Below, one piece after another: positions 42,110 to 56,104 of a stretch of 64,000 nt of DNA. The position numbers were made by a program, and so were the translations under genes. The notes beneath the pieces are model-generated. The model searched no databases, was not told the origin of the DNA, and worked only from the letters and a program-made list of their open reading frames with translations. The stretch is from Eledone cirrhosa (Eukaryota): the NCBI GenBank assembly GCA_964016885.1, contig OZ024740.1, positions 157,790,001-157,854,000 on the forward strand, read 5' to 3'. The first letter of the stretch is position 1, and every line of letters begins with the position of its first letter.

Positions 42110-44445
42110 AGGAACTCAATCACTTCCCAATACAACCATAGCCACCAACTCAATCACTTCCCAATACAACCATAGCCACCAACTCAATCATCACAGTTAC
42201 CAAATATTAATGCTCGATTACTTGGGGCTACATAACAAAGCCACATACATTGACGACGACGGCAAAACCAATGACCACAATAACAACGATAATAATAATA
42301 AAAATAACACAAGCAACTGTAATATTATTGAACAAAGCTATCACTACATCCATGCAGCATCAACAGTGTTATAACCACAACAACCACTAACATCACAACC
42401 AACGCCGCTATAATCACAAACACTATAAGTAAAATCACTACCAACATCACAACCAACACTACAACCAATACAAATACCTCTTACATCAGTACAACTAACA
42501 CCACAACCAATCCAAATATGACTACAATTATCATTGTTACAACCTACATCACCAAAGTCGCCAACCCCACAACCAGCCTCAACACCGCCATCAACACTCT
42601 ATCCCCTCCATCAACATCACAACCTACACCACCACCACACCACCACTCAACCGCCACCACACCACCACTCAACCGCCACCACACCGCCACCACCACACCA
42701 GCACTACCACACCACCACCACCACCACACCACCACCTCCACACCACCACCACCACCACCACACCACCACCACTACTCAACCAACACCAATATCACCACCA
42801 CTATAATTCTTACCAACACCGCCGCCACCAACACCACCAGCAGCATCACAACACTACCGTCAACACTATGGTGACAACCACCACAACCACAACAACAGCC
42901 TCTACCATCACCGCCATAAAACAACAACACTAACAACACCACCACCTCCACAATCATCAACACCCTGATGACTACTACCACCATAATCCCAACCACAACC
43001 ACAACCAGCACCACCACCAATACCACCATAATCCTAACAATCACAACCAGCACCATCAACAGCACCAACACTACCACCACAACCACAACAACCACTACCA
43101 ACAACAACACTACCACCACCAAAACAACATGACTACCACCATCACATCACAACCAGCATCACCGACAGCAACACAACACCTGCACTACTACCACCACAAC
43201 CACCACAACTACTACCAACAACAACACTACCACCACCAAAACAACACTACCACCACCGCAACCACAACTACTACCAACAACAGCACTACTACCATCACAA
43301 CCAGCATCACCGACAGCAACACAACACCTGCACTACTACCACCACAACCACCACAACTACTACCAACAACACTACCACCACCAAAACAGCGCTACCACCA
43401 TCAGCATCACCACTACCACCACCAACAACAACACCAACAACAGCCTCAACACTACCACCACCACCACAACCACAGCCAAACCACACTTACTATCACTAAA
43501 ACAGCACTAACAACAGCACCAGTTCCACAACCATCAACACAAGAACCAGTAACACCAACACCACCACCACCATCACCACCACTAACGCCATCACCATCAC
43601 CACAACAGCCAGCACAACCAACGCCAACAACTGCACCAGCACCAGCACTATCACCAACATCACAAACTCTACCACCGCTACAACTATCACCAAAGCAGTA
43701 CCAACACCACCACCACCACAAGCAGCCCCACCAACAGCACAACCAACGCCAACAACAACACTACCACCATCATCAAAACAGCACCACCACCAACAACAAC
43801 AACAACAACACCAACACCACCACCACCATCAACAGCACCACCACCATCACCACCAACAGCACCACCACCATCACCAAAACATCACCACCACCATCACCAA
43901 AACATCACCACCACCATCACCACCACAACCACCATCACCATCACAATCACCATCATCACCACCAACAAAACCACCATAACTACCATCACCACCACCACCA
44001 CCATTACCAAAACACCGCCATCACCACCACCACCACCACAACCATCACCACCACAACCAACACCACCACCACCACCATCACCACCACCACCACCACCACC
44101 ACCACCATCAACAGCAGCACCGCCATTACCAAAACACCACCATCACCACCACAACCATCACCACCACCACCACCACCACCACCACCACCATCACCACCAC
44201 CACCACCACCACCACCACCACCACCATCACCACCACTACATCACCACCACCACCACCACCACCACCACCACCACCACCATCAACAGCAGCACCGCCATTA
44301 CCAAAACACCACCATCACCACCACAACCACCACCACCACCACCATCACCATCATCACCACCACCACCACCACCACCACCATCACCACCACTACATCACCA
44401 CCACCACCACCACCACCACCACCACCAACGCCAACAACATCAATG
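42110..44445. repeat. 2.3-kb degenerate (ACC/AAC/ATC)n trinucleotide tract
   Basis: Three-base periodicity, strongly A/C-skewed, internal duplications. Confidence 0.92.
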
Positions 44446-44805
44446 ATTACATTGATTCCTTAATGATATTTTCCTTCTGGCCTTTTGCTGCTGTCATTTT
44501 CTCACATAGTGGAAGGAAGTTGGCTCATCAAAGGAAACGTGATGATAGTCTAACATCAATTTCTTCCCCCCTCTTTCACTGTTCTTCACCGAAACACGTT
44601 TATTGATTGCTTCAACAACATTAATATTCGCGGCTTCGACCCGTTCATTTTGTACCAATTTGTTCACATTTGCCCGAACTCGACGGTATTATTTGGTTGA
44701 TCCAATGGGTTCCATTCATACATATAATCACGCTTCGTCGGTCTCTCTCTCTCTCTCTCTCTTTCCCTCTCTCGTTTTCTTTCTCTTCCTCATATGCACA
44801 CGTAA

Positions 44806-44873
<68 letters not shown>

Positions 44874-44967
44874 GGGAAGAGAGCGAGGAAAAGAGAGAAA
44901 GGGAAAGAGAGAGGGGAGAGAGAGTGAGGGAAAGAGAGAGAGCGCGAGAGGGATCTGAAATGTGTAA

Positions 44968-45002
<35 letters not shown>

Positions 45003-45016
45003 TCTCTCTCTGTCTA

Positions 45017-45056
<40 letters not shown>

Positions 45057-45118
45057 TGTGTGCACATGTGGAAATCTTTCGTTTGTATACATTACGCCAA
45101 CTTAAAATTGATGTGTGC

Positions 45119-45150
<32 letters not shown>

Positions 45151-45167
45151 AAAAGGTAGCCATATAT

Positions 45168-45268
<101 letters not shown>

Positions 45269-45420
45269 TATTAGAGACAGAGAACTTTAAAATTAATATA
45301 TATAATTTGTCGATCACTATAGATAATTGAGAAAATTGTGTAAATTACCGCTGGAGACAGAAAAAGTGATGTGTGTGTTAATGTGTGTATATGTGTGCAT
45401 GCGCGTTGGTGATATACCAA

Positions 45421-45423
<3 letters not shown>

Positions 45424-45452
<29 letters not shown>

Positions 45453-46480
45453 CTTCTTCTTCTTCTTCTTCTTTTTTTTCTTCTTCTTCTTCTTCTTCTT
45501 CTTCTTCTTTTCTTCTTCTTCTTCTTCTTCTTCTTCTTCTTCTTCTTCTTCTTCTCCTTCTTCTTCTTCTTTTCTTCTTCTTCTTTTCTTCTTCTTCTTC
45601 TTCTTCTTCTTCTTCTTCGCCAACTTATTCCTGAGAGGGTCGTGGGGGTAGAGTCCTCAAACACCACATGACGTGGGTCCAGTCAGAAGCAACATATTCA
45701 ATTGATCCATCTAGATCCCCAAGCGAGACCAAGCGAGTTCATAAATTTTGTTCAACCATCTTGCTCGGGGTCTGTCCCTGGGTTTCTTGCCGGTTGGTTT
45801 TGTCCATAAAATCTGTCCAGTGATTTTTTCCTGGGACATTCTAAGCCCATACCCATAATGTCAGAGCTGTGATCTCTCAGTTCGGAGAAGTATCAGCTCT
45901 GATCTCTGAGATACGCTCTCTATCAAGTAATGATACTCTAAAGACGCTTCGAGGGAGCCTCAATTCGCCTGCTTGTATTCGTGATCGTATTCTTTCGGTT
46001 ACTACCCAAGATTCATGATCATACGGAAGGGTTAGCGCGAATATCGAATTGAAGTTACCGAGTCTAGCTTTTACACATACTTCCCTTCTTCTAATTAACG
46101 AATGTTGTAGCTGGCGCTTAGCTGCCCCAGCTCCTGCAATTCTTGCACTTAATTCGACCCTCTGTCTTCCATCCCTCGTGAACACGGCTCCGATATACTT
46201 GAACTTCTCCACCTGTTTCAGTGAAACTCCATTCACATGCAGAGTGCACTTCGGAGGCTTCCTCGAGAGGACGAGTGTCTCAGTTTTTGCAGCATTGATC
46301 TTCATTCCAGCGTGCAACACTCGGCATCAAAACTATCGAGTACATGTCGGCATATCGGAGATATGTCGACATGTACTCGAGTTAAGTAACACCATGTCGT
46401 CTGCAAATTTCATCCGACTGATCCTACTCTGGCCAGTCGTGATATCACTTCCCAACTCGGCTGCGCATGTTAATTCTGAA
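45424..46480 (-). mobile_element. 5'-truncated RTE LINE with (GAA)n tail
   Basis: FADDMV, MKINAAKTETL, VEKFKYIG, YDHESW, GRDPEQDG region; tail 45424-45618. Confidence 0.88.
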
Positions 46481-47091
46481 GATTATGAACAAGAGAGATT
46501 ACAGATTTATAGACCGGAGAAATTTGTTTCTTAATATGTCAATTTTTGGAACATCTTTGATTATATATATGTTTAATTAGATTGAACTTTAGCTACCAAC
46601 AACAGAAACAACAACAATTTTCCATTCTGTTCTTCTGACTTGAGTATTTACAAGTATTCAAGATCAATGTCCTCCTTCCTTGAAATAAAAAAAGATAATA
46701 GCAAATACATCTATATTTAAAATCACACACACACATAACTGTTATATTTACTTTTCAGTATCGTGGTGTCAAAGCTTTTGTCACAATCCTACAACCTGGT
46801 CACTGACACAATTACACTAGTGGAATTATGTCAGTGGCTATGCTACAGAATTACAACGAACATTTTACTGCCTTAAATGTTCAACGAAAATATTGACATC
46901 ACAGAATAAATGAAATGTTCATATAAGAATTTCTGTTGTATTTTTTAGTGGTTAAAATAGCTCTCTCGTGGTGCAATAGTTTCAGTTTCAACAAAAGGTC
47001 TCGGATCAAATAACTTGCCAAAAATGTACAACTCCGGAAAAAAAAGACAAAGATAAAAATGCAACGAATTTATTCTATATTGTGGATTGCA

Positions 47092-47125
<34 letters not shown>

Positions 47126-47152
47126 CGTGTGTGTGTTCGTGTGTGTGTGTGT

Positions 47153-47209
<57 letters not shown>

Positions 47210-47225
47210 CGTGCGTGTGTGTGTA

Positions 47226-47257
<32 letters not shown>

Positions 47258-47894
47258 TGTGTTCGTGTGTGTGTGTGTGTGTTCGTGTGTGTCTGTGTGT
47301 ATGTCTATAGTTACCTGTGTGGCTGTGTCAGTAATTCCACAAAGAGATCAATAAAATAAGTACAAGACATGAAAATATAAATGCTGAATTCAATAGGATT
47401 GAATAAATCAAGGAGGTAGCATGGCCACAGCCAAATGACTAAAAACAGTATAAAAAAAAGAAAGAATACTGGTCAGAGACAAACAGACAGATGCACAGAC
47501 AGACAGACAGACAGACAGCTAGATGAATAATGATGATTACTTGCGGTAGAACTGAAAAGTAAAGAACAGACAACGTAAATGACTGGTGTAATTTCAATAC
47601 GATTTAAACAGTTAACGAAACAGAAGAAAGATAGAATATTTATGACAAGTCTATGTGTTCGTAATGTCTAATAAAGAGCTTTTGATGGCGAAATAATTCT
47701 GTAAATGGTTGGTGCTTGAATAGAAGTAGTCGCTTGGTAAAGTTAACGGAGCGAATTAAAGTGTATAAATATTGATAATGAACAACAGAAGTTGGAGCAT
47801 CTGAGGTAATAATGTTCGCTGTCGATTATTATCGTTTTTTTAACAACCATATTTCGTGTTTCACTTTACTGCCAGCAGTAATATTTCTATACAG

Positions 47895-47926
<32 letters not shown>

Positions 47927-48019
47927 TTCTTTCCCTCTTTATCACACACCCTCTCTCTTTCTCATACACACACACGCACACACACACTCTCTCTCTCTTT
48001 CTCTCACTCTTTCTCTCTA

Positions 48020-48116
<97 letters not shown>

Positions 48117-48173
48117 CATACACATATATATATATGCGTGTGTGTGTGTGTATACATGCATATGTATACATGC

Positions 48174-48216
<43 letters not shown>

Positions 48217-48300
48217 TATATACATATATATACATATATATGTATATATATGAATATATATAAATGTATGTGTGTGTATATATATGTGTGTGTGTGTGTG

Positions 48301-48331
<31 letters not shown>

Positions 48332-48766
48332 ATGTATATATATATATATAAATACGTATGCATATATATATACAGATAATTGTATCATGGTCTGCACATA
48401 TCTTTAACCAAAAAGCATAATATAAGATAATAAGACAGTGTGGAATATTCAAACGTTTTCAATATAAGGAACGAATAAAAAGAAATTTAATCTAAAATGG
48501 CCAACTGAAATAATTGTTAAGATTAATATATCAAAAGTGTTCACACGTATAGCTACAAATGTGGAAGTGTTTGTGCATGCGATGGTGTGTGTGTGTGTGT
48601 GTATGTGTGTGTGTGCGTGTGTGTGTGCGCGTGTGTGTGTGTGTGTGTGTGTGTGCATGTGTGTACATGTGTGTAAAATTGTCCGTACACTATATCTATA
48701 TATACAGCTGTATTTACATATTCCTGAATGTACTCGTATATTCGTGTAAAAGTGAAACCCCAAAAC

Positions 48767-48878
<112 letters not shown>

Positions 48879-48935
48879 GTATGTGTGTGTGTATTTATAT
48901 ATGTATGTGTGTGTGCGTGCGCGTGTATATATATA

Positions 48936-49257
48936 TATAATACAACATGTTGAAAAGGTAACACACCAGAGAGAGAAATAGTGCGCCATCAATGAAACAA
49001 GGAAAAACCACCAGTGTATGGAATGTATAGCCCATGGAAGACAGAGTAGACACACGATAATTAAAAGTATAAATTAAAGTGTAAATACATTCCATACACT
49101 GGTGGTTTTTACCTGTTTGATTGATGGCGCACTATCTCTCTCTCTTGTGTGTTACCTTTTCAACATATTGTATTATAAAGAGCTCGGGATTCCTTCTCAT
49201 TTGAGCACATTACTGACAGGGAATATGGAGAGTCTATGGCTCCGTTAGTTTATCGTG
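48936..49257 (+). mobile_element. Fold-back insertion, same family as 20231-20670
   Basis: Arms 48936-49028 / 49085-49177; ATAC microhomology at the junction. Confidence 0.88.
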
Positions 49258-50182
49258 ATATATATATATACAGGGTGTTCAAAGAAAATGTATAGACATT
49301 TTGATTACCTGTACAGGCAATATTTATTAGAATGGTGTATGCATACATATATGGAGAGGGAGATTGAGAGGGAGAGAGGCGGAAACGATGAGTGAATATG
49401 CATAAGTTCGAATCCTATCTGCTGTTTACCTTAAGTAGGTTTAGAATAAGGTCCACTCTCACTGCATTCTCATAAATAGTTTTTAAAAACAATTTATATT
49501 AACTCTGAGCATAGCAGTTTTTTTCCCTTGCTTGCTTCTTATAATCTGAACATCACACATAGTCTTCAAATTGCTGTATCATGCAACTGATGTATCATGC
49601 ATTTGATATTGAGTGGACTAAGTACACCATCAACAAATTAGGAAACTCTACACCAGAACCCTGTGACTCGGTAAATAGAGAGTCGACGGTTTCCAGTTCT
49701 ATCAATGTAGCAATTTGACAATGGAACAGCAGTATCTGAGCAAAGAAATGTATTTATAATCAAATACAAACTAAAATGCGCGGTATTTAAGCTAACATGC
49801 GTCACTAAATCATGTTCATATTGAAATCGGAGTTTCATCCTGCCATGACAACATAAGCTTTAGTAGGGATATAACCAATTGTGTCCCTTGGCATAGAAAA
49901 CACATAAGCGGATCATTATGACACGTTAAAAATACTCAACAGCATAAATGTAATCTTGAAAAGGATATTTAAAAAAAGTACTATAGCAGAAACAGGTCTA
50001 TAGAAAAGTAAATGAGTTAACTCATTAGAAAAAATACTATTAGGTATTTGGTTTGAATTATTTGTATTTCGTTGTGTACTATACATTTGCATGTATATAT
50101 GTAGATATATACATATATATGTATAGAAGTACTTATATATATATATGTAATATATACATATATATGTATATAAGTACTTATA

Positions 50183-50214
<32 letters not shown>

Positions 50215-50422
50215 AGTATGTATACGTACATATATATATGTATACAGAGGTACAGTAGTATGTATATATATATACATACATGCACACACCTATATATATG
50301 TACGTATGGGTTTACCGAATATTTATTATAATGTTCGATTTGTTTGTAAACAAACAGCCCGAATTACGCCGTACAGTGTTCAGCAATCATCGTTGCCCTT
50401 TTCTTCAACACCGACAAAGGAA

Positions 50423-50463
50423 CGCTGAACTAGTTTCAAGCTTATTAGCTATCGTCAGCATCG
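50423..50463 (-). ncRNA. Hammerhead, array unit 1
   Basis: CGATG-CTGACGA-T-AGC-TAATAA-GCT-T-GAAA-CTAG-TT-CAGCG. Confidence 0.8.
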
Positions 50464-50853
50464 TATACCTTCCTGTCAGATGATTGAACGTTTGAAAGTA
50501 TATACCTTCCTTATGCATATTAACGGCTGAGCAGCCTAATTTGCATATCGAGTGAGTTAGTCGGCCGGGCGTACCGAAAACGATAAATGGAAAAGAATTA
50601 AATGAAATTTCATTTCTCACTCTTAGTACGGCTGATACTTAAATATAAGTATTTATACGTACATACATATATGTATACAGACGTACAGTAGTATGTATAT
50701 ATATATACATACATGCACACATATATATATGTACGTATGGGTTTACCGAACATTTATTATAATGCTTGGTGTGTCTGTAGCCAAACAGCCCGAATAAAGC
50801 CGTACAGTGTTCGGCAACCATTGTTGCCCTTTTGTTCAGAACTGACAGAGGAA

Positions 50854-50894
50854 AGATGAACTAGTTTCAGGCTTATTAGCTATCGTCAGCACCG
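50854..50894 (-). ncRNA. Hammerhead, array unit 2
   Basis: CGGTG-CTGACGA-TAGC-TAATAA-GCCT-GAAA-CTAG-TT-CATCT (one stem II substitution). Confidence 0.72.
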
Positions 50895-51282
50895 TATACC
50901 TTCCTGTCAGATAATTGAACGTTTAAAAGTATATACTTTCCTTATGCATAATAACGGCTGAGCAGCCTAATTTTCAGATTGAGTGAGTTAGTCGGCCGGG
51001 CGTACCGAAAACGATAAATGGAAAAGAATGAAATGAAATTTCATTTCTCACTCTTAGTTCGGCTGATACTTAAATATAAGTATGTATACGTACATAAATA
51101 TATGTATACAGACGTACAGTAGTATGTATTTATATACATACATGCACACATATATATATGTACGTATGGGTTTACCGAACATTTATTATAATGTTCGGTT
51201 TGTTTGTAAACAAACAGCCTGAATTAAGCCGTACAGTGTTCGGCAACCATCGTTGCCCTTTTGTTCAACACTGACAAAGGAA

Positions 51283-51323
51283 CGATGAATTAGTTTCAAG
51301 CTTATTAGCTATCGTCAGCACCG
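51283..51323 (-). ncRNA. Hammerhead, array unit 3
   Basis: CGGTG-CTGACGA-TAGC-TAATAA-GCTT-GAAA-CTAA-TT-CATCG. Confidence 0.72.
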
Positions 51324-51412
51324 TATACCTTCCAAATTAGGCTGCTCAGCCGTTAATATGCATAAGAAAAGTATATACTTTCAAATGTTCAAACATCTGA
51401 CAGGAAGGTATA

Positions 51413-51453
51413 CGCTGCTGACGATAGCTAATAAGCTTGAAACTAGTTCATCG
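51413..51453 (+). ncRNA. Hammerhead, array unit 4
   Basis: CGCTG-CTGACGA-TAGC-TAATAA-GCTT-GAAA-CTAG-TT-CATCG. Confidence 0.8.
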
Positions 51454-51844
51454 TTCCTTTGTCAGTATTGAACAAAAGGGAAACGATGGTTGCCGAACAC
51501 TGTACGGCTTAATTCGGGCTGATTGTTTACAAACAAACCGAACATTATAATAAATGTTCGGTAAACCCATACGTACATATATATACGTGTGCATGTATAT
51601 ATATATATATATATAAACTACTGAACGTCTGTATACATATATATATGAACGTATATATACTTATATTTAAGTATCAGCCGTACTAAGAGTGAGAAATGAA
51701 ATTTCATTTCATTCTTTTCCATTTATCGTTTTCGATAACCCGGCCGACTAACTCACTCAATATGAAAATTAGGCTGCTCAGCCGTTAATATGCATAAGGA
51801 AAGTATATACTTTCAAACGTTCAATCATCTGACAGGAAGGTATA

Positions 51845-51885
51845 CGGTGCTGACGATAGCTAATAAGCTTGAAACTAGTTCATCG
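51845..51885 (+). ncRNA. Hammerhead, array unit 5 (best match to the consensus)
   Basis: CGGTG-CTGACGA-T-AGC-TAATAA-GCT-T-GAAA-CTAG-TT-CATCG; 5-bp stem I; palindrome AACTAGTT. Confidence 0.85.
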
Positions 51886-52150
51886 TTCCTCTGTCAGTTT
51901 TTAACAAAAGGGCAACGATGGTTACCGAACACTGTACGGCTTAATTCGGGCTGTTTGTTTACAAACAAACCGAACATTATAATAAATGTTCGGTAAACCC
52001 ATACGTACATATATATATATGTGTGCATGTATGTATATATATATACATACTACTGTACGTCTGTATACATATATGTATGTACGTATACATACTTATATTT
52101 AAGTATCAGCCGTACTAAGAGTGAGAAATTTCATTTCATTTCATTCTTTT

Positions 52151-52196
<46 letters not shown>

Positions 52197-52851
52197 GATA
52201 AGAAAATATCGTTATAGGTAATCCAGTTAGAGGTTCTGAATACCTCTTATTATGGATAATTTTAGTGTACGGCGTTGTTTGACTCAACAAGAGGTTTACG
52301 TAGATGACGAGTTTATGATTTCACTTGTATTCCTATGTAAGTTTATCTTGGGGTAATAAAATTGAAAAAGTGGAGAATAACATGGTCAACAGTACAAAAA
52401 AGGGGATTTATTTACAGTCTAACAATTGTTTCACTGATAAAAAAATGTCTAACAATTGCTGAACACTAGAAGCAGTGCCACTCAATTTTAAATACGATGT
52501 TAGCTCGATCAGATCTGCAGAAACTGTTATTGAAAATATATGTAAGCGGCAAATTTATAAATTCAAATTACATCATCAATAATAATATTAATAATTAAGA
52601 TATAGAGAGAAAAGAAGGAAGAAAGGGAGATAGATACAGTAAAGAAAGAAAGGAAAGGAAAAAGAAAAAGAGAAAGAGAAAAAAGAAGAAAAAGAAGAAA
52701 TTATTACAGAGAAAAAACATATAAAGAGAAGAAAATATATAGAAATTGATGATAGACAGAAGCGAGACAAACATAAGTAAAAATAACGTAGGATAGAAAG
52801 AAGAATAGAGGGAAAAATAAATGAATAAACGCTAATATATGAATAAATGTA

Positions 52852-52882
<31 letters not shown>

Positions 52883-52918
52883 TAAATATATAAAAAATTG
52901 ATAAATAAATAAATAAAT

Positions 52919-55003
52919 AACATCAATGTACTACTAAAACAATTACGTAGCACCAATGGTATTATATTAAAGGCAGACAAATCATCAAATGTATACACCA
53001 TGAGCCTTAATACATACAACAACTTTATACGCCGAGAATTACATAAAAAATACAAGAAAACTACAGAGTCTACACTCAATAGCATTAACAAGGAAGGTCT
53101 TAACATAGTAAAAAAACTTAAAATATCCGATAGAACCGAACCTCTAACGCCTTGTAAACCCACTTTTAATCTGAAGGATCATAAATGTAACTTCGAAACT
53201 AACCCTACTATTAGATTAATATGTCCATCAAAATCAGATATAGGCAGAATTAGCAAGTTTATACTAGATAGAATAATACCACAAATTAAAGAAAAACTAA
53301 TAATCAAGCTCTGGGGTAACACAAATGAAGCAATAGATTGGTTTAATAAATTAGACAATAGATAATCTTGCGACCTTATACAATTTGACATAAATGACTA
53401 TTACTCTTCTATTTCCCCAGTTACCCTAAATAAGGCACTATCCTTTGCACAAAGAAACTCTGACCTTGCACCAGATGAAATTAAAATAATATTAGCTGCT
53501 AGAAGAACAATCATTAAATTCGACAATAGTTACTGGGAGCGTAAAAATAGACAGAATAACTTCGATATAACTATGGGATCAAATGATTCAGCCTAAGTTA
53601 CAGACATTGTCGGAATTTATATAGCACATTTCTTACATAGGGATTTTGATAACCTACAAGGAGGAATCTATAGAGACGATACACTACTTTTAGCTGAAAA
53701 CCTAAATAATCAAAACTTAGAAAGATTAAGGAAAAAGATTAGGAAATTCTTTAATAATTTAGGCCTTAACATCACTTTTGAACCCAACTCTAAAAAAGCT
53801 AACTTCATAGATGTATCACTCAACCTTAACTCAGGATTAATAGAACCCTTCCATAAAAATAATGAAAATTTAGCTAATCACCCTCGATCCATAATTAACT
53901 CCGTAGCACATAGTATATCCCTTAGAATCTCGCGCCTATTTTCTAACCTAGAAATTTTTAACGAACACGCTAACTACTGCAACATAGCATTACTTAAGGC
54001 AGGCCATAAAGAGAGACTCAAATACATACCAAATACAAAAAATAACAACACATTTAATAGAAATAACACTATCCACACCTATAGAAACAACAAATCTAGG
54101 ACTAAACATAGAAATTGGCAACACACACGTAAATTAAATGAACAGAATACTAATATAAAGACCACTAATAACTATAGAAGATGCAGAAATAGAAACTACT
54201 TATGGTTCAATCCAATGTTTAACTCCTCTATAAAAACAAAACTACCTTACACTTTCTTCAAATTGGTTGACAAACACTTCTCTAAAATTCATAAATATCA
54301 TAAAATCTTTAATAGAAAAACTATCAAACTATCATGCTCCACTGCCAACAACATAGAATCGCACATACATAAAATTAACTATAAAAGAATTTATAATACA
54401 AGTGGCCGACAAATAAGTACCATAACACCCAATACAAAACATAAACATATAACATCATTACAACCAAACACACGTCAGAACACATCACCACAATACATTA
54501 ACAAACCCAATTTTCAGCCCATACATAACAACCTACAAAACCATATCGCAGAACCGGCGCATAGAAAAGCATCTAAATGTAACTGCCATCTACCTGACAA
54601 ATTCCCTTTACAAAATAGATGCCTAGAGACAAATATAGTATACCTATGTACTATAAATTCAGGTAGCTTAGCATGGCATTACATTTGTTCCACAGCTGGG
54701 GAGTTTAAGAAAAGGTGGTACGTACATAGACACTCTATGATTAACAGGAATCTCTTAAATACAACGACTCTCGCCAATAAAATCTGGCAACTCAAAGATG
54801 CAAACATGAAATATAAAATCAGCTGGACGAAGCTATCAAAAGCAATGGCCTATCAAATTGGTATGTCCCTCTGAGGTCTCTGTAATATGGAACTTTTCCA
54901 AATTTTAAATTACAACAAAATTCTTCTTAACAGTAAAATTGAAAGAACTATTTTTTGTCGACATAAATCGGCAACCAAATTTGAGAACTTTAGACCAGCT
55001 TAA
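52919..55003 (+). pseudogene. PLE reverse transcriptase + C-terminal GIY-YIG endonuclease, disrupted
   Basis: KADKSSNVY, NLKDHK, RLICPSKSDIG, QFDINDYYSSIS, DITMGSNDSA*V, GIYRDD, LWFNP, CNC..PLQNRCL..NIVY, FKKRWYVH, *GLC..LLN..CRH; in-frame stops at 53363, 53594 and 54872. Confidence 0.92.
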
Positions 55004-55904
55004 TTCCATCTTATCTATTCCATAACCCAGATTCTACAACTTGGATCTATTATGATATCACATTATCAGCATCATCATTATGATTATGATTATAATTATA
55101 ATTGTCACCATCTATCAAAGAACAACATAAAAACCTCTTATATTTACATTCTTATTTTATATATCTCTATCTTTCACTCTCTATCTCCCTAAATTTATTT
55201 CATCTTTGTCATTCTATTTTATCATATAATATAACTTAAAACTAAATTATTTATTTATTTATTAAAATAACCAATACACATAAATATATTTAACATTATC
55301 ATATTTTTACCTTCACATCTCTCCATATATTCTAATAATTCTCAAAAACCAATCTCAATAATTTTAATATGTTTAAATATTCTTCGCAAATGTTTACTTC
55401 TTTTGCGTATTTATTTTCATTTTTCATTTTTCACAATTTATACCATTTTATATCACATTAGATGTAATTTATTTATTTATTTATTTAGTTATTTATTTAT
55501 TTATTTATCAATTTTTTATATATTTTTTTATATATTTATTTTTGTTTTTATTTTTATTTTATTTACATTTATTCATATATTAGCGTTTATTCATTTATTT
55601 TCCCTCTATTTTTCTTTCTATCCTACGTTATTTTTACTTATGCTTGTCTCTCCTATGTCTATCATCAATTTCTATATATTTTCTTCTCTTTATATGTTTT
55701 TTTCTCTGTAATAATTTCTCCTTTTTCTTCTTTTTTCTCTTTCTCTTTCTCTTTTTCCTTCTTTTTTCTTTTTCCTTTCCTTTCTTCCTTTACTGTATCT
55801 ATATCTCTTTCTTCCTTCTTTTCTCTCTATATCTTTATTATTAATATTATTATTGATGATGTAATTTGAATTTATACATTTGCCGGTTACATATATTTTC
55901 AATA

Positions 55905-56018
55905 ACAGTTTCTGAAGATCTGATCGAGCTAACATCGTATTTAAAATTGAGTGGCACTGCTTCTAGTGTTCAGCAATTTTTAGACATCTTTTTATCAGTG
56001 AAACAATTGTTAGACTGT
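55905..56018 (+). ncRNA. Type-I hammerhead, U.U variant, long loop II (mirror 52414-52527 has A6C)
   Basis: ACAGTTT-CTGAAGA-T-CTGAT..ATCAG-T-GAAA-CAATTG-TT-AGACTGT, followed by AATAAA. Confidence 0.8.
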
Positions 56019-56104
56019 AAATAAATCCCCTTTTTTGTACTGTTGACCATGTTATTCTCTACTTTTTCAATTATATATATATATATATATATATAAAAAT
56101 ACGC

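Larger units (their letters stand above)
50211..52152. repeat. Tandem array of ~430-bp HHR-containing units that inverts at 51333/51334 (retrozyme-like)
   Basis: HHR spacing 431, 429 and 432 nt; about 2.6 units on the minus strand and 1.9 units on the plus strand; (TA)n flanks; no ORF. Confidence 0.93.
52194..56072 (+). mobile_element. Penelope-like element 2 with inverted upstream pLTR
   Basis: Arms 52360-52920 / 55489-56072; left arm extends a further ~165 bp; (TA)n flanks. Confidence 0.93.

Noticed and set aside
43129-44463. 444-aa Thr/His/Pro-rich ORF
   Set aside because: Trinucleotide repeat drifting between registers; no domain or splice evidence
44465-44742. Unique-looking sequence as a host exon or promoter
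   Set aside because: No ORF, homology or convincing splice signals visible
49271-49305. Tc1/mariner-like TIR start (TA-CAGGGTGTTC); similar relic at 38356-38430
   Set aside because: No clear partner TIR or transposase found
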